DNA of 64,000 bases. Origin: Convolutriloba macropyga. Lineage: Eukaryota. The stretch covers positions 17,546,001 to 17,610,000 of the forward strand of contig NC_134470.1 of assembly GCF_964194025.1 (NCBI RefSeq), given 5' to 3'. Shown here piece after piece: positions 1 through 10,943 of this stretch. Below the pieces are notes generated by a model. It was not told the DNA's origin. It did not search any database and saw only the letters and a program-made list of their open reading frames with translations. How positions within the stretch are numbered: the stretch's first letter is position 1; the number at the start of each line of letters is the position of its first letter. The translations under genes and the position numbers were made by a program.

Positions 1-50
1 GTCGTTATTTTTGGCCCAATCAACAGATTCTATTTTTCACACAATGCATT

Positions 51-614
51 GTGATTGTGTTTGTTACCTTTTTGTGTCTCTACAAGTTATCTAAGAGCGG
101 GTTCTCTGCTCGAAAGAAAGCAACCGCGGGTTCTACAAGTGATGAAACGCACCATTCCTCGCCTTTCCTCTGCGAAGAGAATACGACGTATCTAACTCTG
201 TTGAGCACTTGTATCGGCTATCTCGTGCCTGCTCCGAAGCCAACCACTGAAGTTCACGTTGTTAGAAAGTTGCAGAGAGGTAGTAAAGCTGGCGACTCTG
301 ACATTGATGATGCTGTTGACCAAATAGACGGAGCCGACAGGATTCAAATTGCCAAAGCAGCAAAAACCTCACAGCAGCATAATGTTTGGGAGTTTGTGTG
401 CTGTGCAATAGAAAAAACCCGTGCTACCTTCTATACTCAAATTTTTTTTGTAATTGTGATGGTTTCAATTGCGTGTAGCCAGCTTGCGTTTGCTTCTGAC
501 AATCTCAGTTGTGAGCTAAAAACTGCATATTTTATGATCATTACATATTGTCTGACTTTTTTGTTACCCCCCGTTCACTCCGCAGCACAAGTCAACCACA
601 TGTATGAGCAGTAA
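51..614 (+). CDS. Polinton small membrane protein with two copies of a two-helix hydrophobic module (true start may be upstream of the window)
   Basis: IVFVTFLCLYKLS...YLTLLSTCIGYLVPAP and FFVIVMVSIACSQLAF...YFMIITYCLTFLLPP. Its stop overlaps the ATPase ATG (TAATG). Confidence 0.6.
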   Translation: MIVFVTFLCLYKLSKSGFSARKKATAGSTSDETHHSSPFLCEENTTYLTLLSTCIGYLVPAPKPTTEVHVVRKLQRGSKAGDSDIDDAVDQIDGADRIQIAKAAKTSQQHNVWEFVCCAIEKTRATFYTQIFFVIVMVSIACSQLAFASDNLSCELKTAYFMIITYCLTFLLPPVHSAAQVNHMYEQ

Positions 615-1672
615 TGAATAAATTAATATCAACGAAAGAGCGTGTTTTTATGTGTGTTTGCGGAAGCTCCGGAACTGGAAAAACTCAGCTGATCCTTTCA
701 ATGCTATCAACTCCTACTGTCCTACAGGGAGTTTTCCAACCACCCTTTGAACACATTGTTTACATTTATCGCTACTGGCAACCTGTTTATTACGATTTTT
801 TGAAGACTTTGGGAAAAAGTGTCAAAGTAGAATTCAAGTGCTGCATTCAGTCAAAAAATTTAATCACAAATACCCTTAACAACAGCAGCGGTGCTAGCAA
901 CGAAGAAAATTGTGTTGACGATCTTATTTTGAGTGAGCTTCATGCTATTTCCGAGAAGCACAGCAACATCGGCTACCCACAAAAGAAAAAGCTGCTAATT
1001 TTTGATGACTGCGGTGAGGAAGTTATGGAGAGCAAGGCTTTCGCTACATTGGCGACAGCCGGTAGGCATAAAAACATCTCTACAATTTTCATTAAACACA
1101 ATCTCTATCAACAGGGCCGTTATTCGGTTACCATTGATAAGGGCACAACACATATCGTTCTCACAAAATCACCACGCATTGGTAAGCAATTGAAAATCTT
1201 AGGCTCTGAGCTGGATACTGCAACGCCTGCGTTTCTCAACAGCTGCTATAAGCATTGCATGAGAGTTCCATTCGGTCATTTCCTAATTGACTTGACACCC
1301 ACATGTCCCGATAGTCTGAGATTTTGCACATACATCTGCAATACTACCGTAGGTAGCAAAAAAGATATTTTAATATCATCTGACACGCAATCAAAGCAAA
1401 GGAGAGCAGTCAGTGGTGGTTCCTTTGCAAATGAAACAGATGATCAGTGCCAGTTGTCGTTCGACTCTAGTCAAAAACAGCCGGTACCTCGGCGCGGGGA
1501 TTGCACCCATTTCTTTCTCTCCTTTCAACAAGTCTGTTCGAACAATTTTACCCTACATCAAAACGGCTCTATTCTAGTGGACGAAATACATGGTTCGATC
1601 CGTGAACTTTACCAAAATTGTGCAATCACACTAGCGAGTGTTGGCAAAAGTGATCTGCAAAATGTGAGTTAA
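614..1672 (+). CDS. A32/FtsK-like genome packaging ATPase
   Basis: Walker A GSSGTGKT, Walker B LLIFDD, A32-type motif AGRHKNISTIFIKHNLY, and PFGHFLIDL. Confidence 0.92.
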   Translation: MNKLISTKERVFMCVCGSSGTGKTQLILSMLSTPTVLQGVFQPPFEHIVYIYRYWQPVYYDFLKTLGKSVKVEFKCCIQSKNLITNTLNNSSGASNEENCVDDLILSELHAISEKHSNIGYPQKKKLLIFDDCGEEVMESKAFATLATAGRHKNISTIFIKHNLYQQGRYSVTIDKGTTHIVLTKSPRIGKQLKILGSELDTATPAFLNSCYKHCMRVPFGHFLIDLTPTCPDSLRFCTYICNTTVGSKKDILISSDTQSKQRRAVSGGSFANETDDQCQLSFDSSQKQPVPRRGDCTHFFLSFQQVCSNNFTLHQNGSILVDEIHGSIRELYQNCAITLASVGKSDLQNVS

Positions 1673-1736
1673 ACATTGCATGCACTGGAGCTGAACAAAA
1701 TCCGATAAAATTTTCCCCCTATTTTAACATTTTTTT

Positions 1737-2480
1737 GTGCTTATTGTTATGTCATATCGAGCAAAGCAGGCCTCGTCGAATACAGCGTCACAGTTTATTG
1801 AGTTTGCACTAGTTTCATTGCTGAAAGAACAAGAAGAGCCAAAAAATGCCATTCATACAAATTTGCTGGCAATGCAGCCACTGTCCAAAAGGTCATTTTC
1901 CTCTGTCCCAAAAACAGATAGCTTCAATACAACGGATATCAATAAAGAAGATCACGACAACGAGTCAGCTGCTCACAACAACAGACAAGACAACCTGTCA
2001 ACAAATATTGAAGGAAACTCTTCTTTCGACCCTGTTAGGGAAGAATCAGTTGTCACTTCTTCTTTGAAACAGTTGGATAGAAAAAAGAAAGGAGGTCCAC
2101 GCTCCCAAAAATCAACAGTCAGAAAAAAAGATGGTGCTACGCTGAAACGTTATCGCATGCGAGCTCTTTTGTCTCTGATTGACTCCAATCCCAGTCTTTC
2201 TTTCAGCCAATCTGGTAATCGCTTACTCCTCGGATCTAATTCATTTCAGTCGGGCGATCAAGTTGACATTACAAATTCTGTTAACCTGATACATTTTCTT
2301 AAGAATTTGCAGTTTCATAATAAAAAGTTGAATGGGATGGAACGTCAAATTGTTGAAACATTATTGATGGTGCCGATAACAAAAGAAAAAGTTGATCATC
2401 TAAAGTCCTTGCTCCTAAACAGGTCGGCGATGCAAGTCATTGACAATAAAGTTAGCTCATCCAAGCTAAGTCTTGAGTGA
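1737..2480 (+). CDS. Polinton hypothetical protein
   Basis: 247-codon ORF between the ATPase and integrase on the same strand. No motif recognised. Confidence 0.6.
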   Translation: MLIVMSYRAKQASSNTASQFIEFALVSLLKEQEEPKNAIHTNLLAMQPLSKRSFSSVPKTDSFNTTDINKEDHDNESAAHNNRQDNLSTNIEGNSSFDPVREESVVTSSLKQLDRKKKGGPRSQKSTVRKKDGATLKRYRMRALLSLIDSNPSLSFSQSGNRLLLGSNSFQSGDQVDITNSVNLIHFLKNLQFHNKKLNGMERQIVETLLMVPITKEKVDHLKSLLLNRSAMQVIDNKVSSSKLSLE

Positions 2481-2537
2481 TAGTTATTATTTTGTTCGAC
2501 TCATAATTTCTATATACTGAATTGAAATCTTTAAAGC

Positions 2538-3651
2538 ATGGTTTCTGTTAAAACTACAAAAAAGGCCGGTAAAAAAGCTGAAAGACTCTCAGAAGCTGAG
2601 TATCGTCACTTGAAAGGAATCTATACATCGCTGAACAACCCTGTGGCTTATGGTGGAATTTCTAGTCTGAGAAAAGCCAGCGGGTTACCCCTGTCCAAAG
2701 TGCGAGAGTTTTTGGAGAGTAGTAAAGTGTATACAAAGCTTAAAGCTGCAAGACAAAAGTTCAAAAGACTTAAAGTCAGAAGTCTTGGAGTGAACCATAT
2801 TTGGTCCGTTGATGTCGCTTTTATGAATAAATTTTCAAAGGAAAATGACGGCGTACAGTATCTCCTGATTGCAGTTGATGTGTTAACACGTTTTCTACGA
2901 GTTCAGACAATGAAATCAAAGTCTGCTCAGGCAGCTTTTGATGCTTTTTCAAAGATGATTAATATCAAAAAACAAAACATCAGTGCCCATAAAACTTTGG
3001 ACAGATCAAGGGAAAGAATTAGAGGGATACTTTAGAAAACACTGTGAAGAGCTAGGAGTTGAAGTTTATAGCACTTATGGTGATTCGAAAAGTGCTATTG
3101 CAGAGCGGTTTGTGCGGACGTTGAAAAATGTTTTATACAAATTTTTTGAAGAAAGTGGTTCATGTAGATATTTGGGTCATCTTCAACAATTTGTGAGGCT
3201 GATAAACGCTCGAGTCAACTCAAGCATCGGTTTAGCTCCCGCAGACGTCTCTAAGGAACATGTTAGGAGTCTTGTTCTGCAAAACAGTCCCAATGCTTAC
3301 GATAAAAGACCAAATTCAGGTATGAAGAGTTATCGTACGCCACCAAAACTGTTTGGGCGAAAAAAAATGTTCAGGAAAAAACAAACTGTTCGCTTGTCTT
3401 TTCAGCGAAAGCCCTTCCAGAAAGGCTATAAACAGCGATTTACAGATGAAGTCTTTACTGTTGCAAGAGTGTCCATTCCGCGTAATCGTAGTGAACCTAT
3501 AACCTATGTACTGCATGATAACAAAGGCGAAGAAATTCTGGGACGTTTCTATGCTTCTGAACTAGTTGCTTTTAAGTATGACGAAGATAGACATCGTGGC
3601 CGCCAGCAAGTAGGCTTTGCAGCTGAAGGCCTGGTTAATTGGTCATCCTAA
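2538..3651 (+). pseudogene. Polinton retroviral-like (rve) integrase, split by a frameshift near 2965-2982
   Basis: ORF 2538-3035 has WSVDVAFM and IAVDVLTRF. ORF 2983-3651 has LWTDQGKE, SAIAERFVRTLK and FQKGYKQRFTDEVF. The frame change falls in the A-rich AAAAAACAAAAC. Confidence 0.9.
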
Positions 3652-3790
3652 GAAATCGTTTGTGATCGGGTTGATGGGCAACCTGCAGTTCAGTACTCAT
3701 ATTGATTGTCAAGCGATTCAGTTGTCAACGCCTTGGTTCACTGTCAGCGGGGGAAAGGCAAAAACTTTTTCGTTTGTAGACAGTTCTTGA

Positions 3791-4360
3791 ATGGACGTCA
3801 ATTACCATTCTAATCGCATACTTTCTTCACGAGCAAATCCTAGTTTTTATTCTGGTTCAACAAATCGTCAATACGGCAGTGGGCTGGGTTCTGCGCTGCG
3901 TCTCGGTTTGAAAAGTTTTGTGATACCACTTGCAAAGCGATACGGTCTACCCTTAGCCAAAAACTTGGTACAAAGTGCCGCTCCTGAAGTGCTAGGGATA
4001 ATAGAGGGACGTACAAAACCAAAAGCTGCCCTGAAAAAAACTTTACGCGAAACGGTAAAAAAACAAATTGGAAGTGGTCGCTCGAGAAGAAAAAGAAAGA
4101 GAAGTTCAACAAAAAAGGGGCGACGACGTCTGTCATCGAAACCTAGACGGAGAACCAAAACAAAAAGAAGGACAAAATCAAAGAAAAAACGCTCCCGCTA
4201 CCAGAGAAGAAAATCAAAAGGCTCCACAAGTAAAACGATCAGAAAGCGTTCCACAAGGAAAAAGCGTGTCTTGAGAACAAACCGTAGGCGTACAGCGAAA
4301 AAAAAGAAGAACTATAACAAGCAAGATTTCTTTTCCTCCATCGTCGACGCTGCGACTTAA
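3791..4360 (+). CDS. Polinton basic core/DNA-condensing protein (pVII/pX-like)
   Basis: QYGSGLGSALR...IPLAKRYG amphipathic part followed by a very K/R-rich tail. Lies immediately upstream of the capsid gene. Confidence 0.75.
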   Translation: MDVNYHSNRILSSRANPSFYSGSTNRQYGSGLGSALRLGLKSFVIPLAKRYGLPLAKNLVQSAAPEVLGIIEGRTKPKAALKKTLRETVKKQIGSGRSRRKRKRSSTKKGRRRLSSKPRRRTKTKRRTKSKKKRSRYQRRKSKGSTSKTIRKRSTRKKRVLRTNRRRTAKKKKNYNKQDFFSSIVDAAT

Positions 4361-4373
4361 CTGATTGATTGCA

Positions 4374-5735
4374 ATGTCTCATTCTTTCACCTACGCCGAT
4401 CCCCCAGTTTCAGCAACCAGCTCAATGTTGGACCTCTTTGGTACAAGTCAAGTTTTGGTTGATTTTGTCCGCGCTTACGACGAACAAATTTTCCCGCCAA
4501 CAAACTCTGATGGCCCAGTGTTGGAGTTTGAATTTCAGGCGCCACGTACGGAAATATGTGGAACTGTAGCCGATCTAAACAATATTTTACTCAAAATGGA
4601 ATTATTGTTGATTAAAAAATCATCAGGCGAAGCAGCTGTTAGGAAGAAAAAAAGTGATGGCACAGACGGCGAGCCCCTACCAATTTTTGTGAATAACATC
4701 GCTAATAGTTTATGGCAAAATGTGGAAGTTTTTTTGAATGGCACCATGGTCTCCTCGTCTAGCAATTTGCACCCCTACAAGTCCATCTTAGAGGCTGACC
4801 TCAGTTACGACCTGACAACCAAGCAGAGCATAATGGCAACTCAAGGCTATAGTTTTGAACCAGATCCTTCGGATTTCAACAATTTGAAAAACGATGCTTT
4901 TTCCAGACGGCATGAAATTGTAAACTCGGGGCGTAGCTTTCACACTTATTCCACCATTTCTGACAATTTTTTGAACGGTGTTGACAAGTATTTGATACCT
5001 GGAGTTGAAGTTCGGATCAGACTGACACGTTCCTTGGACAAGTTCATTATGCTTCAGCCCGGAGGATGTCAGGATGCGAGTAGTTTCACAATCAAGGTCC
5101 TAAATGCTTCTCTATTTGTACACTTGTTGGAACTTCGAACGGAGACCTTTATTTCACTGGAGAGAGCTTTAAAGAAAAAAGCAGCTCAATATGAGTGGCA
5201 AGAGTCTCCCATTACTTCTTTTCTAATCACTACAGGCACCAGCGTTTATTACCAGGATGACTTGTTCAATAGAGCTCCAGCTTGCAAATTGGTTGTGGTC
5301 TTGGTACCAGAGAACTCTTTCACGGGAACGTACAAATCTAATCCTTTCAATTTCGATGACTTTGATTTGAGTTCAGTGAGGGTCACACGAGAAGGATCGC
5401 AAGTAGGTGGCACACCCATTGATATCTCTAAAAGCCACGTCCGTCTCTACCACACAACAATGACGGCCTTGGGTCACTCTGTTGGCGGTAACGGAATTAC
5501 TCTAGAAAACTTTGCCAATCATTTTGCGTTGGTCTTCAATCTTACAGCCGATTCCAATTTACGGGACAGCACAATCCGTCCGGAACTTACTGGTGCATGG
5601 TTGGGGATCGAATTTAAATTCAAAACACCAACCAAGCAACCCATTAGAGTCATACTTATGGCTGAACGTCGATCTGTTGCTTTGGTTAATTGCAATAGAG
5701 AAGTTATCAAAAACTCAGCAATTTACAATGGTTGA
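4374..5735 (+). CDS. Polinton major capsid protein (double jelly-roll)
   Basis: About 453 aa with NNIANSLWQNVEVFLNG, HPYKSILE, KYLIPGVEVRIRLTR and GTYKSNPFNF, typical of Polinton capsids. Confidence 0.88.
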   Translation: MSHSFTYADPPVSATSSMLDLFGTSQVLVDFVRAYDEQIFPPTNSDGPVLEFEFQAPRTEICGTVADLNNILLKMELLLIKKSSGEAAVRKKKSDGTDGEPLPIFVNNIANSLWQNVEVFLNGTMVSSSSNLHPYKSILEADLSYDLTTKQSIMATQGYSFEPDPSDFNNLKNDAFSRRHEIVNSGRSFHTYSTISDNFLNGVDKYLIPGVEVRIRLTRSLDKFIMLQPGGCQDASSFTIKVLNASLFVHLLELRTETFISLERALKKKAAQYEWQESPITSFLITTGTSVYYQDDLFNRAPACKLVVVLVPENSFTGTYKSNPFNFDDFDLSSVRVTREGSQVGGTPIDISKSHVRLYHTTMTALGHSVGGNGITLENFANHFALVFNLTADSNLRDSTIRPELTGAWLGIEFKFKTPTKQPIRVILMAERRSVALVNCNREVIKNSAIYNG

Positions 5736-6300
5736 CAACAGTGACATCGATCGTTTTGTCAGTATACACTCTGAGCTTAGCCTGCGTTACCTTGGCTGTT
5801 ATTCTGCTGACAACTTCCCTTTCATTCAGCGAAACAAATTTGTTATTGTTAACAATCAACCATCTTGCTTTTTTGGGGAACACTGGCTTTTGATCGCAGA
5901 CAGTAATGGACAACTACTTTTCTACGACTCCTTCAAAAGAGATCTTCACGAAGTTTTCCCGAGTATTTTTAAAAGACTGCAGAAACTCTACAAAAAAAAT
6001 ACATCTATTAAATTTGTCGAAATTCGTCCATTGTTCAAACAGCTAGCGACAAGTAAACTTTGTGCATTGTACTGTTTATACGTTGCTCACTGTATCTATT
6101 TACCGAGCCGAACTTTTCCCTTTTATCTAACTGAAGAAGAGTTGCTTCAATTTGCTGCTGAAAAATTTAGTATTTCTACAATGAAAATAAATTCTTTGAA
6201 AAGTTGTTTTTTTTGCAAAACGTGTGCAAGCTATCAAAATAAGATTCATTTTTGCAATAATAGGATGGAGTTGATCCGACAGACTGAAAAAAAAACTTAA
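5728..6300 (+). CDS. Adenain-like (C5) cysteine maturation protease
   Basis: YLGCYSAD, IVNNQP...GEHWLLI (His), FYDSF (Asp), QLATSKLCALYCLY (Gln/Cys). The ATG at 5728 overlaps the capsid stop. Confidence 0.88.
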   Translation: MVDNSDIDRFVSIHSELSLRYLGCYSADNFPFIQRNKFVIVNNQPSCFFGEHWLLIADSNGQLLFYDSFKRDLHEVFPSIFKRLQKLYKKNTSIKFVEIRPLFKQLATSKLCALYCLYVAHCIYLPSRTFPFYLTEEELLQFAAEKFSISTMKINSLKSCFFCKTCASYQNKIHFCNNRMELIRQTEKKT

Positions 6301-6368
6301 AAAAAACAAATGAATCAGTAAAATAAACAAACACGCAAACCTAAAAATTTCCGAAAAAGTTATTTAGT

Positions 6369-7600
6369 ATGTCGAGCACCAACTCATGTTTTACTTCTGC
6401 TTCTGCCATGTTAGTCGACTATCCTAACTCGGACAATAACGCGAGTGATGTGTCTATCCCTCCGTCGCCTCAGTTGGAAATGGAGATTGGAGATGAGTTA
6501 GCACTAATGTTTGAAGACGGAAGTGCGCAAACTTCCCTGGAAGATGTGGAAGATAACGATGAGGAGGTCACTTCAATCAACCGGAGGCTCAGATTGAGAC
6601 CTCGACGCCGAGGAGCGCAGTCTATTCTAGACTCCTCGTCCTCCTCCTCCTCGGACGATGATAATGGTACTCGGATGGCCTCGGAAGAAGAAGAGACGGC
6701 AAATACAAGGCCTTTAAGTTCACATCTGTTGCAGTTTTGCCATCTGCTCCGAATAGAGACGGAGAAAGACAGGCTTTAACTCAAGCCTTGGTTTTCCTTG
6801 GGCGTCATGCAGGAGGATATGATGACAGCAATGACGGCTTGCTGAATGAAGCTGCCAGAGTGTTGGAAGAAACAGTATTTCTCTCGTCGCCTGAGTCACC
6901 TGGTGAGGTGTCATATCAGGCACTCGAAAATACCGGGGTATCCGATGATCCACCTCCCACATATGAAGAAAGTGAGGCCGCTGAAATACGGTTCCTTTCT
7001 CCACATGCTCCCAACAGAAATGCTTCACCCAACACGAGGAGAAGAAACAGAGAAGAGAGAGACAGGGTGAGCTTAAATAGTTTTCAATGCATTTTGATCC
7101 TGACTAATGTTGTTGATGTCTTGGGAAAAGCTGATGCGGGCAGTTCTAGTAAAGAATTCTTTGTTTACTTTGTTTTTTGTTTTTTACAGCAAACGGTTGA
7201 TCAGTTCCGCAGCATCTTGAGGCAGGCAGATGATCTCACCGGCCTTGAAGTTGAGCAGGCTGAAGAAATTGGTGACGACGAAGCCCCGTCACAATTGCTG
7301 CGTCGCCTTGAACGGGCTGAAACCCTAAACAACAACAGCCTCATAAAACACGTACACCATATAGGTGGAATTATGAGGAGGTTGCAGCTCCGTGTCAATG
7401 ACCCAGCTACCTTTTATCGGATGCTGCGGGAGGGGAATCTAAATTTTAAAGAACTTCGTGTGCGGCAGTATCTGTCAATTCGGGCTACATGTGAGATGTA
7501 CCCAAGATTGCTGAGCGTGACAGGCTTTCAAAACTCCTCAAGTCTTTTGACGGGATATAAGAAATTGCAGAAAGCCTGCCATGAAGAGTGGGGGAGTTAA
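6369..7600 (+). CDS. Polinton accessory protein, acidic/low-complexity N-terminus, probably spliced
   Basis: Overlapping ORFs 6369-6779 and 6737-7600. In-frame T-rich intron 7067-7189 (GTGAGC...TTTTTACAG). A possible phase-1 intron 6667-6734 would join the two frames. Confidence 0.55.
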
Positions 7601-7935
7601 AGGCGGCTACTAGTTGATAGTCATGCAAACCCTGTCCAGCGAGTGCGGGCGAACTGGTTTGCTGACTATCATTAGTTGAGCTGACCAAAAATAAACTCGA
7701 GTCTTAGTCGTACAAGCCCTGTCTAGCGAGAGCAGACATTCTGGTTTGTAGACTTTGCAAAACACATCTCTTTTTATGTTAAGTATCTTTAGTTTTGTAG
7801 TTTAATTGATTTATACTCTTAAAAATTGTTTAGAGTAAATAAAATATCGAACAAACTGCCAGTTTTGAACCATGGACCCTTGGCGAGCAAGTAAGTTTTA
7901 ATTAAACACGCAGCCAATTCGATATTTGCACTAAG

Positions 7936-8591
7936 ATGTCTAAACTTGTTGTCGTTGGTGCGTCAAATATTGAAAAAGATTATGAGTTGTGCTGGTGTCA
8001 AAATGTGGACCATAAATGTATAAAGGACATTCATTTGCCTGAGTGGGTGGAAGATGTCAAATTTGTGAGCGTGCCTGGTGCTCGTGTAAATCATGAAACA
8101 AAAAGCCTCCAGTAATTTTTTCTTTGTTTTAATATGCAAAATGTTTAATTTTTGACATGTCTGTTTTTGTTTTGTATTTGTTTAGTAATCTTGTAACGGA
8201 GGCAATTAGGCACGCACCAAAAGCTGTTTTAATATGTTGTGATATTGTTGGAAATTCGCTGGAGTACCATAACGGTCATGAAGCGCTGGATGGAAAAAGT
8301 TGCGCAAAGGTAATAGAGGCGCTAGCGAAAAATTATACTGACATCAAATTCGTGGTGATGCACGCGCAGTGGAGAAAAAGTCTCAAGTTGGCTCAAAATG
8401 AAGAAATTGGTTACTTTAATAACATTATCCATAGAACAAGTTGTATTATTGACGTTAAAATTCGAACCAGCGCTAAGTTCACACGAATTGTTGACGAGGA
8501 GACGGGGCGGAAAGAGTCAAACCTGAATGTTCACCACAGCCGTCAAACAGTGTGCTTCAATGTTGGTATTCTTATTAGGAAGGCAAAGTGA
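7936..8591 (+). CDS. Spliced SGNH/GDSL-fold protein in the Polinton (exons 7936-8111, 8186-8591)
   Basis: MSKLVVVGASNI (block I-like), FVSVPGARV (II), DIVGNSL (III), NVHH (V-like). A GTAATT...TTTAG intron at 8112-8185 restores the frame exactly. Confidence 0.6.
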
Positions 8592-10645
8592 GGTTAGTAA
8601 TATTTTAATTTGTTTTTTCTAAAATGAGGTGTTTCTAAAATTAGAACAATTTCATTGTCGGGTAGGCTCCGAAAACCGAGGAAGAATGCATGTGCTGATT
8701 GGGTGCCGAGTATCACCCTATCGGCATATGTATTCTTCTGAGGAAGAAATAACAAAAATGTATCAACCGTTGGTAAAAGCAATATTATCAACAAGAACAA
8801 CAAAAAACAATGTTTTGTTAATAGACTAGCACTCGATGAAGACAAAAACCTTCACTTATCACAAACGAAATTTTGCAAAACTGGGGGAGCAAATAAATAA
8901 AAACAGACAAGAAAGCAGTGAAATTGCTGTTATGCCTGTAACGTTACATTAAAAAAACGTACTGTGTCGGAAATACACATCTATTGACAAAAGTCAGTTT
9001 TGTTTTCACCAACACCTAAAGGATGTCACGAGATAAACAAAAACCTGATAAGGCAACCATTTTGCTTTTACTTAAATGCACGGAAAAAGACTTAGTAGAA
9101 TTAAAATCAATTAATTGATGTTGGCCGGAAATGATAGTGCTAATATTTTGAAAAACACATTGACTCTGTTGATTGAATATTGACAACAATCTCCTAAAAA
9201 TGTAACGTTATGTGAAAGGCAATGGAAAGTCAATGAGAAACAAAGATGGTTTTCTTAGCCAAACAAAATTCTTCGATTCTTTGGTTGAAAACAGAAAAGT
9301 TTGGAGTGAAATGAGTAACAGTAATAACTACCTGGAAAATTATCTCTTGATGAACAACCATTTCCTTGAAATTGGTAGCAGTGCATTGAAAGGGTGAGAA
9401 AGGAAAATTAAATGAACAGAAATGATTCTAAAATACTGGGATATCTTTTAAAATAGTTTGAAGTCGCAATTTACCGCGACTAACTAATCATTTACAGTAA
9501 TAGGTAAAGAATAACATTGGCACCAATCCGTAGTTGAAAAATAGTCGATTAGTTGTAAATATAGTTTAAAAAAATTAGCAGCATTATAAATTATCAATAA
9601 ATTTTGATAAATTTTGATTGGTATCATTTATATTTTAAGTCTCGTATCACTTAAACACTCTTCAACGATATTATACTCCAAGGTTTTAAATTTACTGTAG
9701 ATATTTTGTGTACTCAATAATATGTAAATCAATGTCCTAGGTTATCATAATGATAGGGCGAATGAAAATGGCAGAAACTCCAAATTAGGTAATCATTTTG
9801 TGCTCACCCTTCAGAGTTGGGACATTCTAAATTCTTTTTTTTATTTTCTGATTAATAACCAACGTCAGCCTCTCAAAGACTACTATTAGTCGCTTTCCTT
9901 TTTAAAATTTGTTCTACTTTTTGATCTCGGTTTTTGTTTTACAATAGTCATTAAATTCACGTTTAATTTCTGACTTACCTTAATTACTGTTTCTACTGAA
10001 CGGATTTTCAATCCATTCACTGCGTGAATTAATTAATATTGTGCATATAGTCAAACGGGATAAACCAATAGTGACCGGTAATTAACACTTGGTAGCTGGC
10101 TTTAGTATTAAACTTAATAGCCATTAGTTTAAAAGATTTTTTGCAATTTTGGCTACACTTTTCTGCCTCGGAATGTTTTTTGGTTGTTTTCATTCGTTTT
10201 TCATTCTCAAATTCCGTTTCCTCCTAGCTTTTTCTTATGAGCCCAACGCGAAAAGTACAGAGCCAGACAATATTCTTTATGTTTTTCTCCTATTGAAAAT
10301 TTGGACAATTTCATGCGTTCTTGCATAAACTAATTTATTAAAAATTTTAAATAATTACAGACATCTTATAACGTAATCCATACTCTTGCAAACAGTTTTA
10401 AAAATAATGCAAAAAGGTATAAATATTTGTAAATCAAGGTGAAAGGATGCAAAAATTTGTTATTTTAAGTCAAGTTGCAAGTATTTATAAACATAATGCA
10501 TCTTTTTGCAAACTTTTAAAACTTCTTTACAATTTTTTGTTAATTATTCATTCTAAAATCTTGTTAACCGACTATAATCTTGTTTCAGGATGCCTCAAAG
10601 TTTATATGATTGATTATATTGTTTTAAAATCGGCCGTAAATTCAG

Positions 10646-10880
10646 GTGTTCTACACAAACACTCCTCCTGTGTTGGTGGATGTGGACAATCTGTCCTGCT
10701 GGTACATCTGCAATCTCAAAGAGTGGAGCGACATCTGTGAAAACATGCGTAATAACAACAACGCGCGCCAAAGTGAGCACATCAGCTTTGATCAATTTAA
10801 AACACAGTTGCTGTACAGTTTAACATAACAAAGTGCTGCTATAAGAAACCGCTACAAGTTCAACACCGAGAATCAGTAAC
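10646..10880 (+). other. Possible terminal exon of a host gene or pseudo-exon
   Basis: TTCAG acceptor, then GC-richer coding-like VFYTNTPPVLVDVDNLSCWYICNLKEWSDICE..., with a TAA at 10826. Not identified. Confidence 0.3.
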
Positions 10881-10943
10881 GCCAGTCCGGACATGATGTT
10901 CCAACCGTACAAAAGATAAAAACAACCGTAGAAATTTGAGAAA

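Larger units (their letters stand above)
1..9884 (+). mobile_element. Polinton/Maverick (adintovirus-like) element, right portion; pPolB and left end lie outside the window
   Basis: Co-oriented cluster of A32-like ATPase, rve integrase, basic core protein, major capsid protein and adenain protease. Candidate right terminus ...CTCAAAGACTACT at 9884 (reverse complement AGTAGTCTTTGAGAGG, a Polinton-type AGTAGT end). The end position is tentative. Confidence 0.9.

Noticed and set aside
3578-3790. Possible small gene or minor capsid remnant between integrase and core protein
   Set aside because: Early in-frame stop and no recognisable motif.
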